A stretch of DNA of 64,000 nucleotides from Candidatus Marinacidobacterium sp. (GTDB taxonomy: Bacteria > Acidobacteriota > Vicinamibacteria > Marinacidobacterales > Marinacidobacteraceae): contig OZ242011.1 of the NCBI GenBank assembly GCA_965204755.1, positions 1,376,001 to 1,440,000 on the forward strand. Reading direction: 5' to 3'. The notes beneath the pieces were generated by a model. It saw only the letters and a program-made list of their open reading frames with translations. It made no database searches and was not told the DNA's origin. The translations under genes and the position numbers were made by a program. This document shows, in pieces, positions 40,340 through 49,985 of this stretch (its first letter is position 1; every line of letters begins with the position of its first letter).

Positions 40340-40627
40340 CTAGTCCGCGCCGGGGTCGCGGAGACCGGAGAACTTGGAGTGGATGAGGAGGCGCTTGGTG
40401 TCCTCCCAGTCCAGTTCGCGGCCCGGGCCGGCGCGCTCCTGGCAGTCGGCGACGAAGGCGTCGAGTTCGTCGGCGGACTCGAAGCGCCGCTCGCGCCCGG
40501 CGGCGAGCCGGGCCTCCGCCGCGGCGCGGAACCAGGCGCCGAGCGACTTTCCCTCCCGCCGGGCCTGCGCTTCGTAGCGGACCTTGTCCGTCTCGTCGGC
40601 GATGAAGTGGATGCGGGCGGCCGGCAT
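40340..40627 (-). CDS. Ribbon-helix-helix antitoxin
   Basis: RIHF..RYEAQARREGKSLGAWFRAAA, upstream of the PIN toxin. Confidence 0.8.
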   Translation of the reverse strand: MPAARIHFIADETDKVRYEAQARREGKSLGAWFRAAAEARLAAGRERRFESADELDAFVADCQERAGPGRELDWEDTKRLLIHSKFSGLRDPGAD

Positions 40628-40666
40628 GGCGTCTTCGGCTCTCTCGGGTTGGTGGTGCAGTCCTGC

Positions 40667-40684
40667 TGCGCAATGCGCATCATA
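40667..40684 (-). promoter_or_regulatory. -10 box with adjacent tandem palindromic operator for the TA pair
   Basis: Minus strand TATGAT overlapping TGCGCA-T-TGCGCA. Confidence 0.5.
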
Positions 40685-40746
40685 CGGCACACGCCCGACG
40701 GAGCGCGGGCGGCGGCCGCGCCGGAACGCCGGGGTCGGCGCGCGGT

Positions 40747-41910
40747 TCAGCGAGGGGCGGGGCCGGGCGTCTCGACGAACATGGCGTCGCCGTAGGAGTA
40801 GAAGCGGTAGCGGCGGCGGACGGCTTCTTCGTAGGCGGCGAGGACGCGCTCGCGCCCGGCGAGCGCGGCGACCAGCAGCAGGAGCGAACTCTCCGGGAGG
40901 TGGAAGTTGGTGAGGAGCGCGGACACCACCCGGAACCGGTGGCCGGGGAGGATCAGGAGCGAGGTCTCGTCGAGGGAGTCCGGGGGCTCCGGGGGCCGGG
41001 CGGCGGCGGCCGCGGCGGGGTTCCGCCGGGCCGCGAGGCGGGTTCCCATCGTTTCCAGCGCCCGGACGGAAGTCGTGCCGACGGCGACGACCCGGCGGCC
41101 GGCGGCCAGGGCGGCGCCGACCGCCGCGCGGGTGGCTTCGGGAATGTGGAATCGCTCCGGGGCCAGGCGGTGCTCCCGGGGGTCGGCGCTCCGCACCGGC
41201 ATGAAGGTGCCGTAGCCGACATGGAGGGTGAGGTCGGCGACTTCGACGCCTCGCCGCCGGAGGCGGGCGAAGTGCGCCGGCTCGAAGTGGAGCCCGGCGG
41301 TGGGGGCGGCGACGGAGCCGGGATCCCGGGCGTACGCCGTCTGGTAGCGCTCCCGGTGGAGCGCCTCGTCGGCGTCCGGGTCGCCGGTTTCGCGAGCGGG
41401 GGGATGACCCGCAGCCGCGGCGCGGCGGCGGCGGAGGTAGGGGGGGAGCGGCGTCCGGCCGGCGCGGGAAGTCAGGTCGAAGACATCCGACGCGCCTTCG
41501 AGGATGCGGACGGTCCGGCGGCCTTCGCCGAGGGCGCCGCCCACCCGGAGCCGGACGGCGGCGCCGATCCGCAGGCGTACGCCGGCGGGGAGCGCGGGGC
41601 GGGTGAGCGCGGCGAACTCCGGCGATCTCGGGGCGTCGAAGTCCGGCAGCGCCAGCAGTTCCACCCGGCCGCCGGTCCCCTCCCGGACGGCGTGGAGGCG
41701 GGCCGGGACGACTCGAGTGCGGTTGCGGACGAGGAGGTCACCGGGCCGGAGGAGGTCGGGGAAGTCGTCGAACCGCCGGTGCGTCGGCGGGCCGGCGGCG
41801 GGCAGGTGGAGCAGCCGGGAACCGCCCCGCTTTTCCGCCGGGCGCCGGGCGATCAACCGCTCGGGCAGGTCGTACCGGAAATCGCCCGTCCGCAGCGGCT
41901 CGGCCGGCAC
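40747..41910 (-). CDS. queA: S-adenosylmethionine:tRNA ribosyltransferase-isomerase (start approximate)
   Basis: DFRYDLPERLIA, PLPPY, YQTAYA, AAPTAGLHF, LTNFHLP, YRFYSYGDAM. Confidence 0.95.
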   Translation of the reverse strand: MPAEPLRTGDFRYDLPERLIARRPAEKRGGSRLLHLPAAGPPTHRRFDDFPDLLRPGDLLVRNRTRVVPARLHAVREGTGGRVELLALPDFDAPRSPEFAALTRPALPAGVRLRIGAAVRLRVGGALGEGRRTVRILEGASDVFDLTSRAGRTPLPPYLRRRRAAAAGHPPARETGDPDADEALHRERYQTAYARDPGSVAAPTAGLHFEPAHFARLRRRGVEVADLTLHVGYGTFMPVRSADPREHRLAPERFHIPEATRAAVGAALAAGRRVVAVGTTSVRALETMGTRLAARRNPAAAAAARPPEPPDSLDETSLLILPGHRFRVVSALLTNFHLPESSLLLLVAALAGRERVLAAYEEAVRRRYRFYSYGDAMFVETPGPAPR

Positions 41911-41996
41911 CGCCGCGCCGCCGCCGGGCGGGGCGGCGGGCCGGTCGTCGGGCCGGTCGCCGGGGTCGGAGGAGCGCCGCCCCGGCGGAGGGTCGC

Positions 41997-43082
41997 TCAG
42001 CGGCCGTTCGGGCGCTCGGCCCCGGCCGCGCCGCTCCCGCCGGGCGCGGGGGCGGCGAACAACCCCTCCCTCGGCGGGGCCGCGCCGAACCACTCGAACC
42101 CTCGGGGGGTGAGTACCCGGCCGCGGGCGGTCCGGCGCAGGAGCCCCCGGTAGATCAGGAACGGCTCGTGGACTTCTTCCAGCGTCCGCGTGTCCATTCC
42201 CAGGGTGGCGGCGAGGTTCGCCGCGCCCACCGGCCCGCCGGTGAAGGTGTGGAACACCGCCTCCAGGATCTTCCGGTCGGCGCGGTCGAGCCCGCTCTCG
42301 TCCACCTGCGCCAACTCGAACAGTTTCCGCGCCTGGCGTTCGTCCACCGCGCCGTCGCCCTTGACCTGGGCGTAGTCCCGGATCCGCCGGAGCAGGTTGT
42401 TCGCCACCCGCGGCGTCCCCCGGGCGCGGGAGCCGATGAGCGCCGCCGCCTCCCCGGTGAGCGCGGTGTCCAGCACCGCCGCCGACCGGAGCAGCACCCG
42501 CTCCAACTCCTCGCCGGAATAGAACTCGAGGGGGTGGACCAGCGGGAAGCGGTCGCGGAGGGGGCCGGTGAGCAGGTCAGCCCGGGTGGTGGCGCCGATC
42601 AGGGTGAACGGCGGAAGCGTGATCCGGAGCGACTGCGCCCCCAACTTCTCGCCCACCATGATGTCCAGGAACCGGTCCTCCATCGCCGGGTAGAGCACTT
42701 CCGCCACCGCCGGGGCCAGCCGGTGGATTTCGTCCACGAACAGCACCTCGTTCGGTTCGAGCGCGTTCAGCAGCGCCACCATGTCGCCGGTGCGGGGGAT
42801 GAGCGGGCCGGAGGAGGAGTGCATCCGCACTTCGAGTTCCCGGGCGAGCACCGCCGCCAGCGAGGTCTTGCCGAGCCCGGGGGGGCCGTGGAACAGCACA
42901 TGGTCGAGCGCCTCCCCCCGCCCGCGGGCCGCCTGGACGCTGATCCGGAGTTGGTCGAGGACGGCGGTCTGGCCGACGAATTCGTCGAAGCCGCGAGGGC
43001 GGAGGCTCCGGTGGAACTCTTCGTCTTCGCGGCCGGCCGGGGGCGGGAAGTCGGCGGCCGCTCCGGGGAGGGCGTCGGTCAT
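41997..43082 (-). CDS. ruvB: Holliday junction branch migration helicase
   Basis: LRPRGFDEFVGQ, GPPGLGKT, FVDEIHRL, GATTR, RGTPRVAN. Confidence 0.96.
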   Translation of the reverse strand: MTDALPGAAADFPPPAGREDEEFHRSLRPRGFDEFVGQTAVLDQLRISVQAARGRGEALDHVLFHGPPGLGKTSLAAVLARELEVRMHSSSGPLIPRTGDMVALLNALEPNEVLFVDEIHRLAPAVAEVLYPAMEDRFLDIMVGEKLGAQSLRITLPPFTLIGATTRADLLTGPLRDRFPLVHPLEFYSGEELERVLLRSAAVLDTALTGEAAALIGSRARGTPRVANNLLRRIRDYAQVKGDGAVDERQARKLFELAQVDESGLDRADRKILEAVFHTFTGGPVGAANLAATLGMDTRTLEEVHEPFLIYRGLLRRTARGRVLTPRGFEWFGAAPPREGLFAAPAPGGSGAAGAERPNGR

Positions 43083-43138
43083 GGGGCGTCAGGCCGTTGC
43101 GGCGAGGATCGAGGGCGCCCGGTTCGGGGGTGTCGCGG

Positions 43139-45316
43139 TCAGTGTTCCCGGTCGCCGGCGAGTCCGGGGAGCGAGGTGAACTCGCCCCCGTCGGCGCCGT
43201 CGGCGCCGTCGGGGCGGGGCGCGGGCAGGTTCAGCATCCGCATCAACTCCAGCGCGTTGCCCCGGGTCAGCGGGCCTTCGCGCAGGTCGTAGTCGAAGTC
43301 CATGACGCCGTCCACGATGCGCTCGCTGAAGTGGTGGTTCCGCACCTGCCGGGGGAGTTCCTCGGCGAGTTCGGTGAGCGAGAGGTCGTGGGTGGTCATC
43401 ACCCCGACCGCGCGGCGGCGGGCCAACTCGCGCACCAGCGCGAAGACCGCGGCGCGGCGGTCGTCGGAGTTCGTCCCCTGCAGGATCTCGTCGAGCAGGA
43501 AGAACAGCGGTTGGTCGGCCGACCCGGTGTCGAGCACCGAGCGGAGCGCGAAGAGTTCGGCGAGGAACCGGGAGACGCCGTCCTGCAGCGAGTCGTGGAC
43601 GGCCACCGAGACGCCGAGCGCGCCGGGGCCGACCCGGAGGCTGGTGGCGTTCACCGGGGCGCCCATCCGCGCCAGCAGGAAGTTGACGCCCAGGGCGCGG
43701 AGCAGGGTGCTCTTCCCGGACATGTTCGACCCGGTAACGACCTTGATCTCGGGCTCGCCCCGGCCGAGGACGACGGTGTTGCGCACCAGCCGCTCCTCCG
43801 GGATCAGGGGGTGGCCGAGGTTCACCGCGCGGAGTCCGGGGGTGTCGTCGAATTCGGCGAAGGCGTGCGCCGGGCGCTCCTCGGCGTACTGGGAGAGGGC
43901 GAGGAGGGCGTCGAATTCGCCGGCCACCCGCAGCCACTTCTCCAGGTCTTCGTTGTGGCGCCGCCGCCAGCGGTCGATGGCCAGGGCGTGCTGCGAGCCG
44001 AAGAAGACGGCGGCCCCGAAGGGCGCGAACAGCAGGTTGCGGCGGAACCGCAGGCGCCCGTGGAGGGAGAGCAGCCGGGAGATCGCCGCGCCGGCGCCGG
44101 CGATGTCCTTGCCGAGGCGGCCGAGGCAGTCGGAGCGGAAGTCCTCGCGCTCGAAGATGGAGACGATCTCCCGGAGGCCGGAGAGTTCGGGCTCCATGAG
44201 CCAGCCCATCTCCTCGTGGGCCAGGACCCGGGGCCGCATGCCCAGGCCATAGACCACGGCGCCGGCCACCGCCAGGAGGAACACCCACGCCGCGCCGGCG
44301 TGGAGCAGGGCGAGGGGGAGCGAAGTCCACAGGAGGGCCAGGTTGGCGAAGGCGAGCGCGAGGAGGAGGCGTTCGCGCCTGATCGGCAGGTGGGGGGGGA
44401 TGGCGAGCAGCGGGTCGGCGGCGGGGGACTTCCCTTTCTTCTCTTTCCCGGAGTCGGTCTCGTCCTTCTCGGCCGAGTCCCCGGCGTCGGCCCCGCCGGT
44501 CTCGCCGGCGGGTTCGTTCCCGCCCTCGCCGTCGGCTGATCGGCCCTCGTCGGCGGGCGTTTCCGTCTCCGCTTCCCGGCGGGCCCGGCCGAAGCGGCCC
44601 TTGGAGTCGAACGGGTGGAGCGTCCAGGCGGTGGAGACCGGCCAGCGGTGGCTGGGCCAGGCCCGCAGCGAGCCGGTGGCCGCCACCGCCTCCCGGAGGT
44701 CCACCCGGGGGGTCAACTCGCGGACCGCCGCCTGCCGGGCCCGGGCCAGGGTCGGGGGCGCCGGGTTCACCAGCCACCAGGCGAGGGTCTCGCCGCCGCT
44801 GTCCGTCCGGAAGTCGGCGAGCCGGTCGAACACCTGGCCGCTGTCGAAGAGGTCGAGGTGGCGGCCCAGGCCGCGCCGGTCGAGCAGGCGGACCCGGTTG
44901 CGGCGGTTGGCGGCGAGTTTGTCCTCGTCCAGCGAGGGGCGGCGCAGTTGGACGCCCCGCCGGCGGATGGCCTCGGTGGGGACGCCCCGCCGGTCCTCGG
45001 TGTCCTCGAGGTCGGCGTGGATCCGGCTGGAGGCGCGGCGGTGGAAGTCCGCCATGCGGTGGAGGGCGCGGGCCTGCCGCATCCATCGCTCGTGGAAGTA
45101 CGCGAGGACGCCGAAGAAGGCGGCGGCGAGGAAGAGCCACCAGGAGGCCACCGTCTCGCGGGCGACGAGCACGACGAGGACGGCGGTGAGCAGGGTGGCC
45201 CCCATCCGGAACTTGACCACCAGGTCCACCCGGTCGAGCAGCCCGGAGACCTGGTCGAGGCGGTCGGCCGCCCGCTGGAGGAACTTCTCCCGGTCGGCGA
45301 TGGCGAGGAAGGACAT
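43139..45316 (-). CDS. Membrane-anchored MutS domain V-like ATPase
   Basis: TM helices; HLDLF; LGHPLI, VTGSNMSGKSTLLR, DSLQDGVSRFLAEL, LDEILQGTNS, TTHDL. Confidence 0.88.
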   Translation of the reverse strand: MSFLAIADREKFLQRAADRLDQVSGLLDRVDLVVKFRMGATLLTAVLVVLVARETVASWWLFLAAAFFGVLAYFHERWMRQARALHRMADFHRRASSRIHADLEDTEDRRGVPTEAIRRRGVQLRRPSLDEDKLAANRRNRVRLLDRRGLGRHLDLFDSGQVFDRLADFRTDSGGETLAWWLVNPAPPTLARARQAAVRELTPRVDLREAVAATGSLRAWPSHRWPVSTAWTLHPFDSKGRFGRARREAETETPADEGRSADGEGGNEPAGETGGADAGDSAEKDETDSGKEKKGKSPAADPLLAIPPHLPIRRERLLLALAFANLALLWTSLPLALLHAGAAWVFLLAVAGAVVYGLGMRPRVLAHEEMGWLMEPELSGLREIVSIFEREDFRSDCLGRLGKDIAGAGAAISRLLSLHGRLRFRRNLLFAPFGAAVFFGSQHALAIDRWRRRHNEDLEKWLRVAGEFDALLALSQYAEERPAHAFAEFDDTPGLRAVNLGHPLIPEERLVRNTVVLGRGEPEIKVVTGSNMSGKSTLLRALGVNFLLARMGAPVNATSLRVGPGALGVSVAVHDSLQDGVSRFLAELFALRSVLDTGSADQPLFFLLDEILQGTNSDDRRAAVFALVRELARRRAVGVMTTHDLSLTELAEELPRQVRNHHFSERIVDGVMDFDYDLREGPLTRGNALELMRMLNLPAPRPDGADGADGGEFTSLPGLAGDREH

Positions 45317-45921
45317 CAGCGGGTCCCCCGCGGCGCGAGGCGGGCGAGGGCGGCCCGGAACCGGGCTTCCATCGTCTCGTCGGGCAGTTCGGCGATGACG
45401 GCGTCCACCGCCTCCTCGACCCGGCGGCGGTCGCTGAACTGCAGGTTGGAGAACGCGGTGAGCAGGCCTTCGCGCTGCGGGTCGGCGGCGCGGGCGGCGG
45501 GGCCGGCCGGCTCTTCGGGCGGGGGCAGCGCTTCGGCGAGTTCGGTGATGATCCGCCGGGCGATCTTGGCGCCCACTCCGGGCGCCTGCTGGAGCGGCTT
45601 CACTTCGCGCGCCCGGATGGCCTCGGTGAGCCGGGCCGGGGTGATCGCCAGCAGCCGGAGCGCGACCGCCGGGCCGACGCCGCTGACGGCGCACAGCCGG
45701 TCGAAGAGGGCGGCCTCCTCGTCGGTCGGGAACCCGTAGAGCACCAGGTCCTCGCCGCGCGGAAGGAGCGTGCGGACGACCAGGGTCACTTCTTCGCCGG
45801 GAGGGGGCAGGCGGGAGGCGGTGGCGGTGGAGACATGGACGCCGAAGCCGACGCCGTGGACATCCACCAGCGCCCGCTCCGGCGCCACCTGCGCCACCCG
45901 GCCGCGCAACCGTTCGATCAC
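45316..45921 (-). CDS. ruvA: Holliday junction DNA-binding subunit
   Basis: MIERLRG, VDVHGVG, LYGF, VSGVGPAVAL, PGVGAKIARRI. Confidence 0.95.
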   Translation of the reverse strand: MIERLRGRVAQVAPERALVDVHGVGFGVHVSTATASRLPPPGEEVTLVVRTLLPRGEDLVLYGFPTDEEAALFDRLCAVSGVGPAVALRLLAITPARLTEAIRAREVKPLQQAPGVGAKIARRIITELAEALPPPEEPAGPAARAADPQREGLLTAFSNLQFSDRRRVEEAVDAVIAELPDETMEARFRAALARLAPRGTR

Positions 45922-45937
45922 CGTCGTTCCTCCGGGG

Positions 45938-46573
45938 TCAGGAGGCTCGCCTGACGGCGGGTCGGGTTCGGCGCGGCGCCGGGGGGCCTCCCGGGGCGGC
46001 GGCGACCGGGCGGGCGCGGGCGGCGCGCTCCGCGGCGCGGCGCCGGTCGAGGTGGCAGACCGCCACCGCCAGCGCGTCGGCGGCGTCTTCCGGGGTCGGG
46101 GGCGCCGGGAGTCCCAGGCGGCGGGCGACCATCGCGGCGACCGGCGCCTTCCCGGCTGCGCCGTAGCCGGTGAGCGCCTGTTTCACCGCCCGGGGCGCGT
46201 ACTCGGCCACCGGCCGCTCGCCGATCGCCGCCAGCACCGCGCCCCGGGCGTGGCCGAGGGTCAGCGCCGAACCGACGCTCGCCGCGCTGAACACCGACTC
46301 GACGGCCACTTCGTCGGGGCCGAGGCGGGCGACCAGCGCGGCGATTTCCCGGTGCAGCCGGCGCAGGCGGGCCACCAGCGCTTCGCCGTTCGGGCAGCGC
46401 GCGACGCCGTATTCGACGAGGACCGGGCGGCCGCCGGACTCGACGATCACTCCCCAGCCGGTGACCCGGGAGCCGGGGTCGAGGCCGAGGATCCGGCAGC
46501 CGCCCCCGTCCGGGGCGGCGTCAGGCCGCCGCGCCCCGGCGGGAGGCGGGGCGCCCTTTCCGCGGACCGTCAG
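45938..46573 (-). CDS. ruvC: Crossover junction endodeoxyribonuclease (start approximate)
   Basis: RILGLDPGSRVTGWG, VAVESVF, LGHARG, VKQALTGYG, DAADALAVA. Confidence 0.93.
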   Translation of the reverse strand: MTVRGKGAPPPAGARRPDAAPDGGGCRILGLDPGSRVTGWGVIVESGGRPVLVEYGVARCPNGEALVARLRRLHREIAALVARLGPDEVAVESVFSAASVGSALTLGHARGAVLAAIGERPVAEYAPRAVKQALTGYGAAGKAPVAAMVARRLGLPAPPTPEDAADALAVAVCHLDRRRAAERAARARPVAAAPGGPPAPRRTRPAVRRAS

Positions 46574-47316
46574 GACGCGGCCTCGAGTTCCTCGTCGTCC
46601 ATGTCGAAGTTCGCCCAGACATGGATCACATCCTCCTGGTCCTCGAGCGCTTCCATGAGCCGCAGCACCCGCTGCGCTTCGCCGCCGCTCACCCGCACCT
46701 GCTGGTTGGGGAGCATCGCCACCGCTTCGCTGTCCGGGGCGATGCCCTCCGCCTCGAGTGCGTCGCGCACCGCGCCGAACGCTTCCGGGGGGGTGCGCAC
46801 CTCCCAGTGCCCGCCCTCGTCGCGCACATCGTCGCCGCCGGCGGCGAGGACCACTTCGATGAGCCGGTCCTCGTCGGTCCGCTCCTTGGCGATGAGGAAG
46901 TGGCCGGCCTTCTCGAACATCCAGCCCACCGAGCCGCTGTCGCCGAGGTTGCCGCCGTACTTGGAGAACAGGTGGCGGACATCGCTCACCGTGCGGTTCC
47001 GGTTGTCGGTGGCCGCCTGGACGAAGACGGCGACGCCGCCGGGGCCGAAGCCCTCGTAGTTCGCTTCCTCCAGCCGGAACCCCTCGAGTTCGCCGGTCCC
47101 CTTCTTCACGGCCCGGGCGATGTTGTCGCGGGGGACATTCCCGGCTTTGGCCTTGTCGATCGCCAGGCGGAGCCGGGGGTTGAACTGCGGGTCCCCGCCG
47201 CCGAGCCGGGCGGCCATGGTCACTTCCTTCAGCAGCCGGGTGAACGCCCGGCCCCGCTTGGCGTCCACCACCGCCTTCTTGTGGCGGATCGAGTGCCACT
47301 TGCTGTGTCCGGACAA
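46570..47316 (-). CDS. yebC: YebC/PmpR family protein
   Basis: SGHSKW, NPRLR, YEGFGPGG, TDNRNRT, GSVGWMF. Confidence 0.96.
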   Translation of the reverse strand: MSGHSKWHSIRHKKAVVDAKRGRAFTRLLKEVTMAARLGGGDPQFNPRLRLAIDKAKAGNVPRDNIARAVKKGTGELEGFRLEEANYEGFGPGGVAVFVQAATDNRNRTVSDVRHLFSKYGGNLGDSGSVGWMFEKAGHFLIAKERTDEDRLIEVVLAAGGDDVRDEGGHWEVRTPPEAFGAVRDALEAEGIAPDSEAVAMLPNQQVRVSGGEAQRVLRLMEALEDQEDVIHVWANFDMDDEELEAAS

Positions 47317-47363
47317 CGCGCAACGACTCCGTTCTGTCGGTCTCGGATGGTTGCGCTCATCTT

Positions 47364-47588
47364 ACCGGCCCGCGGAAAAAGCACGCCGCCCTCCGCTCAT
47401 CGACCGGCAGGACGCCGAGTCCCTGTCGCGTTCCCCGGCGGGGCGCTCTTCCCACGGCCCTGCGGCGCGAATCGCTGCGCGATTCCCCCCGCCAACTGTC
47501 GCGGGGAGGGGGATGCCCCTCCCCGCACCCCTCCCCGGTCGGCGCTTCGCGCCGACAGCCGCTCCCCGGACTTTCTCCACAGGCCGTT
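47364..47588 (+). repeat. ~225-bp MITE-like repeat, copy A
   Basis: Shares GGCGGGGCGCTCTTCCCACGG..GCGAATCGCTGCGCGATTCCCCCCGCCA..CCCCTCCCCGGTCGGCGCTTCGCGCC..CTCCCCGGACTTTCTCCAC with copy B; imperfect terminal inverted repeats. Confidence 0.8.
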
Positions 47589-47649
47589 GCCGCCCGCTCC
47601 TCCCGCCGCCCGCCGGCGGCACAGCCCGGCGCGGGGGTCGCGCGGGCCG

Positions 47650-48555
47650 TCAGTCGTCGAAGACGATGGTGGGTTCCGCGTAGAAGCGGACGCGCCCGGA
47701 CTCGAACCGTTCGGCGACGATCGCCTCGAATCTCCGCCGTTTCTCCGAGAGCGGTAGGTCGGTGGCGAGGAAGGAGAGCGGCAGGTCGAAACCGAGGACG
47801 CGGCGGGGAGGGAGGAAGCGGGTGACCCCGGACGGGAGCCGCTCGCCGGACGCCGCCATGCGCCGCACCTCCGGGAAGGGGAGGTCGGGATAGACGAGCA
47901 GCCCGCCGCAGTCCGGGTGGCCGCGCAGCGCCTCCTCGAGGTCGGCGTGCGCGACCCGGGCGATCCGCCCCCGGGGGTGGGCCAGCCGGTTCACCACGGC
48001 GCGGAGACCGGCGGCCCGGGCGGTCTCCCGGGCGGCGCCGCCCGCCGCTTCGTCCCCCGCCGGCTCGGCGTGGAACCGGACCTCGCCGCCGGCGGCGAGC
48101 AGGAGGCGGCAGAGCGGAGCGCCGCCGCCCTCGTCGTCGGCGGAGGCGTCCGCGCCCGCGGAAGCGTCCTCGCCCGTCGCGGGGAAGCGGACCCGGACGC
48201 CGGGGGGCGGCTCGCGGAGGACCGCCTCCGCGTCCTTCTTCCGGATGACATGGTTCCAGTGGAAGAGGCGCAGTCCGGGGTCGTCGGCGGACTCGGTCTG
48301 CACCGCCGCGTGGGCGATCCCCATCCGGGCGAGCGCCTCCACCCGGTTCGCGCCGTCGAGCAGCAGCCGGCGCCCGTCTCCGTCCCCGCTCCCGCCGCCG
48401 AAGCGGACCACCACCGGCGGGTTGCGCAGGATGCCGTCCGCGCCCAGCCGCTCGATCAGCGCGGCCACCCGCGCCAGGTCCACTTCTTCGTGGAAGACGA
48501 TGTCCCGCAGCGGCAGGACTTCGAGGGTCGGCGGCGAAGCGTCCACCAAGTCCAC
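47650..48555 (-). CDS. SbnI-like (ParB/Srx fold) putative free L-serine kinase
   Basis: IVFHEEV, ILRNPPVV, LLDGANR, WNH, LPSGVTRF..RVLGFDLPL, RFYAEPTIVFD, in the motif order of S. aureus SbnI as recalled. Confidence 0.75.
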   Translation of the reverse strand: MDLVDASPPTLEVLPLRDIVFHEEVDLARVAALIERLGADGILRNPPVVVRFGGGSGDGDGRRLLLDGANRVEALARMGIAHAAVQTESADDPGLRLFHWNHVIRKKDAEAVLREPPPGVRVRFPATGEDASAGADASADDEGGGAPLCRLLLAAGGEVRFHAEPAGDEAAGGAARETARAAGLRAVVNRLAHPRGRIARVAHADLEEALRGHPDCGGLLVYPDLPFPEVRRMAASGERLPSGVTRFLPPRRVLGFDLPLSFLATDLPLSEKRRRFEAIVAERFESGRVRFYAEPTIVFDD

Positions 48556-48581
48556 GAATCTTCGGCCCCGAACCGCCGATT

Positions 48582-49832
48582 CTACGAGCGGCGGGGGGCG
48601 GCCGGCGGTTCCTTCCAGAGGCGGACGGTGAAGCGCTCCCCCTCTTCGATCAACTCCGGCTCGGTTCCGTTGTGCTTCCGCATACCGGGGACGATCTTCC
48701 TGCTGATCCCCATCCCGTGACCGTCCACATAGCCGTAGTCGCGCATGACATTGACGAGAACCTGGTCCCGCGCGCAGCGCATTCCGCGGCGCATCGCTTC
48801 CGGCGTCACGGTGTTCGGGAGCCCGCCCGGACTCCGGACCTCCAACCGGTTCGAGAAGACCAGGAGTTCGATGTCCGAGCCCGCGATGCCGTAGTCCCGA
48901 TGGACGAGCGCGTTCACGACCGCCTCCCGGACGACCGCTTCCGGGTACTCCCAACCCCGGACTACGCGGCCGTTTTCCAGGCGCGCCGTCGGCATCGTGT
49001 TCCGCCGGACGAACTCGATCGCCCGTTCGACGAGTCCCGACTCCATCACTTCGCCGTCCGAAGCGAGCCTGGGCGTCATCGGCCCGCCGTGCGTCCGGTC
49101 CTCGCGGGTCGCGTAGTCCATGTCTTCTCCCGGAAACGCCAGCGCGTGGATCCCGGCCTGGTGCATCCGGCGCCGGGGATCCGTTCCGAACAGGAGCATC
49201 CCGTCCACCGTCGCCGTCAGCGTCCCCAATGCGAGCGTAAGGAACTCCAGGTTCCGGAGCAGCACCGCCCACGCCTCGTCGTCGTCCTCCGGCGGCGCCT
49301 CTCCGGCGAGCACGGTCCCGAAGTAGTCGGTCAAGCGCCGCCGATCCAGCGACTCCAGGGTCGAACCGAGCACCGGCTTCGCGCCGTACCGGAGAGCCCC
49401 GGAGCGCTGGTACAGGCGCTGTTCCTCCTCGCGGGACGCATCTCGAGTCGTCGTCCCCACCCGAACGCGGGTGACCCAGGCGCCGCGCCGCTTCGCCTTG
49501 TACGGCTTGTCGGGAGGGTTCGGCGGCACGGAGACCACGCCGACGACGCGGTCCTCGTCCCAACGGATGGTCCTCCAGAGCGGTATCGCCGCCGCGGGCT
49601 GCACATGGGTGCGCGCGGCTTCCATGACCCATTCCTCCGCCTTCGCCGCGGGCCGCGCCAAGCCCGAGACGGATCCGTCGTCCTCGACGCCGAGCAGGAT
49701 ATGGCCTCTCCCGAGGTTGAAGAGCGCCGCCATCTCGCCGGCGAGACATTCCGCCGTAAGGTCGTCGCGCCGGAATTCCAACGAGGAACCCTCCCCGCGA
49801 GCCACCAGTTCGGCGAGGTCGGCCCGGGTCAT
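48582..49832 (-). CDS. Schlafen/AlbA_2 domain fused to HATPase_c_4 domain
   Basis: GEGSSLEFR, AALFNLGRGHILLGVEDDG; REAVVNALVHRDY, RLEVRSPGGLP, GMGI. Confidence 0.88.
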   Translation of the reverse strand: MTRADLAELVARGEGSSLEFRRDDLTAECLAGEMAALFNLGRGHILLGVEDDGSVSGLARPAAKAEEWVMEAARTHVQPAAAIPLWRTIRWDEDRVVGVVSVPPNPPDKPYKAKRRGAWVTRVRVGTTTRDASREEEQRLYQRSGALRYGAKPVLGSTLESLDRRRLTDYFGTVLAGEAPPEDDDEAWAVLLRNLEFLTLALGTLTATVDGMLLFGTDPRRRMHQAGIHALAFPGEDMDYATREDRTHGGPMTPRLASDGEVMESGLVERAIEFVRRNTMPTARLENGRVVRGWEYPEAVVREAVVNALVHRDYGIAGSDIELLVFSNRLEVRSPGGLPNTVTPEAMRRGMRCARDQVLVNVMRDYGYVDGHGMGISRKIVPGMRKHNGTEPELIEEGERFTVRLWKEPPAAPRRS

Positions 49833-49857
49833 CACGCCGGTCGGAGACTGCATGTCG

Positions 49858-49902
49858 GCGGTGGAAAACTCTTTCCCGCCCTCCCCTTCCCGACCGGAGG
49901 GC
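49858..49902 (+). repeat. Short fragment of the MITE-like repeat
   Basis: GTGGAAAA..CCGCCCTCCCCTTCCCGACCGGAGGG resembles 21409-21448. Confidence 0.4.
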
Positions 49903-49985
49903 ATGGTAGCGATCCCCTTCGGGGACCGGTGGGGGGGCGGGGCCGGGCGGCGGAGTCGTTACGATTCGCGGCTGCTTCGAGTCCG

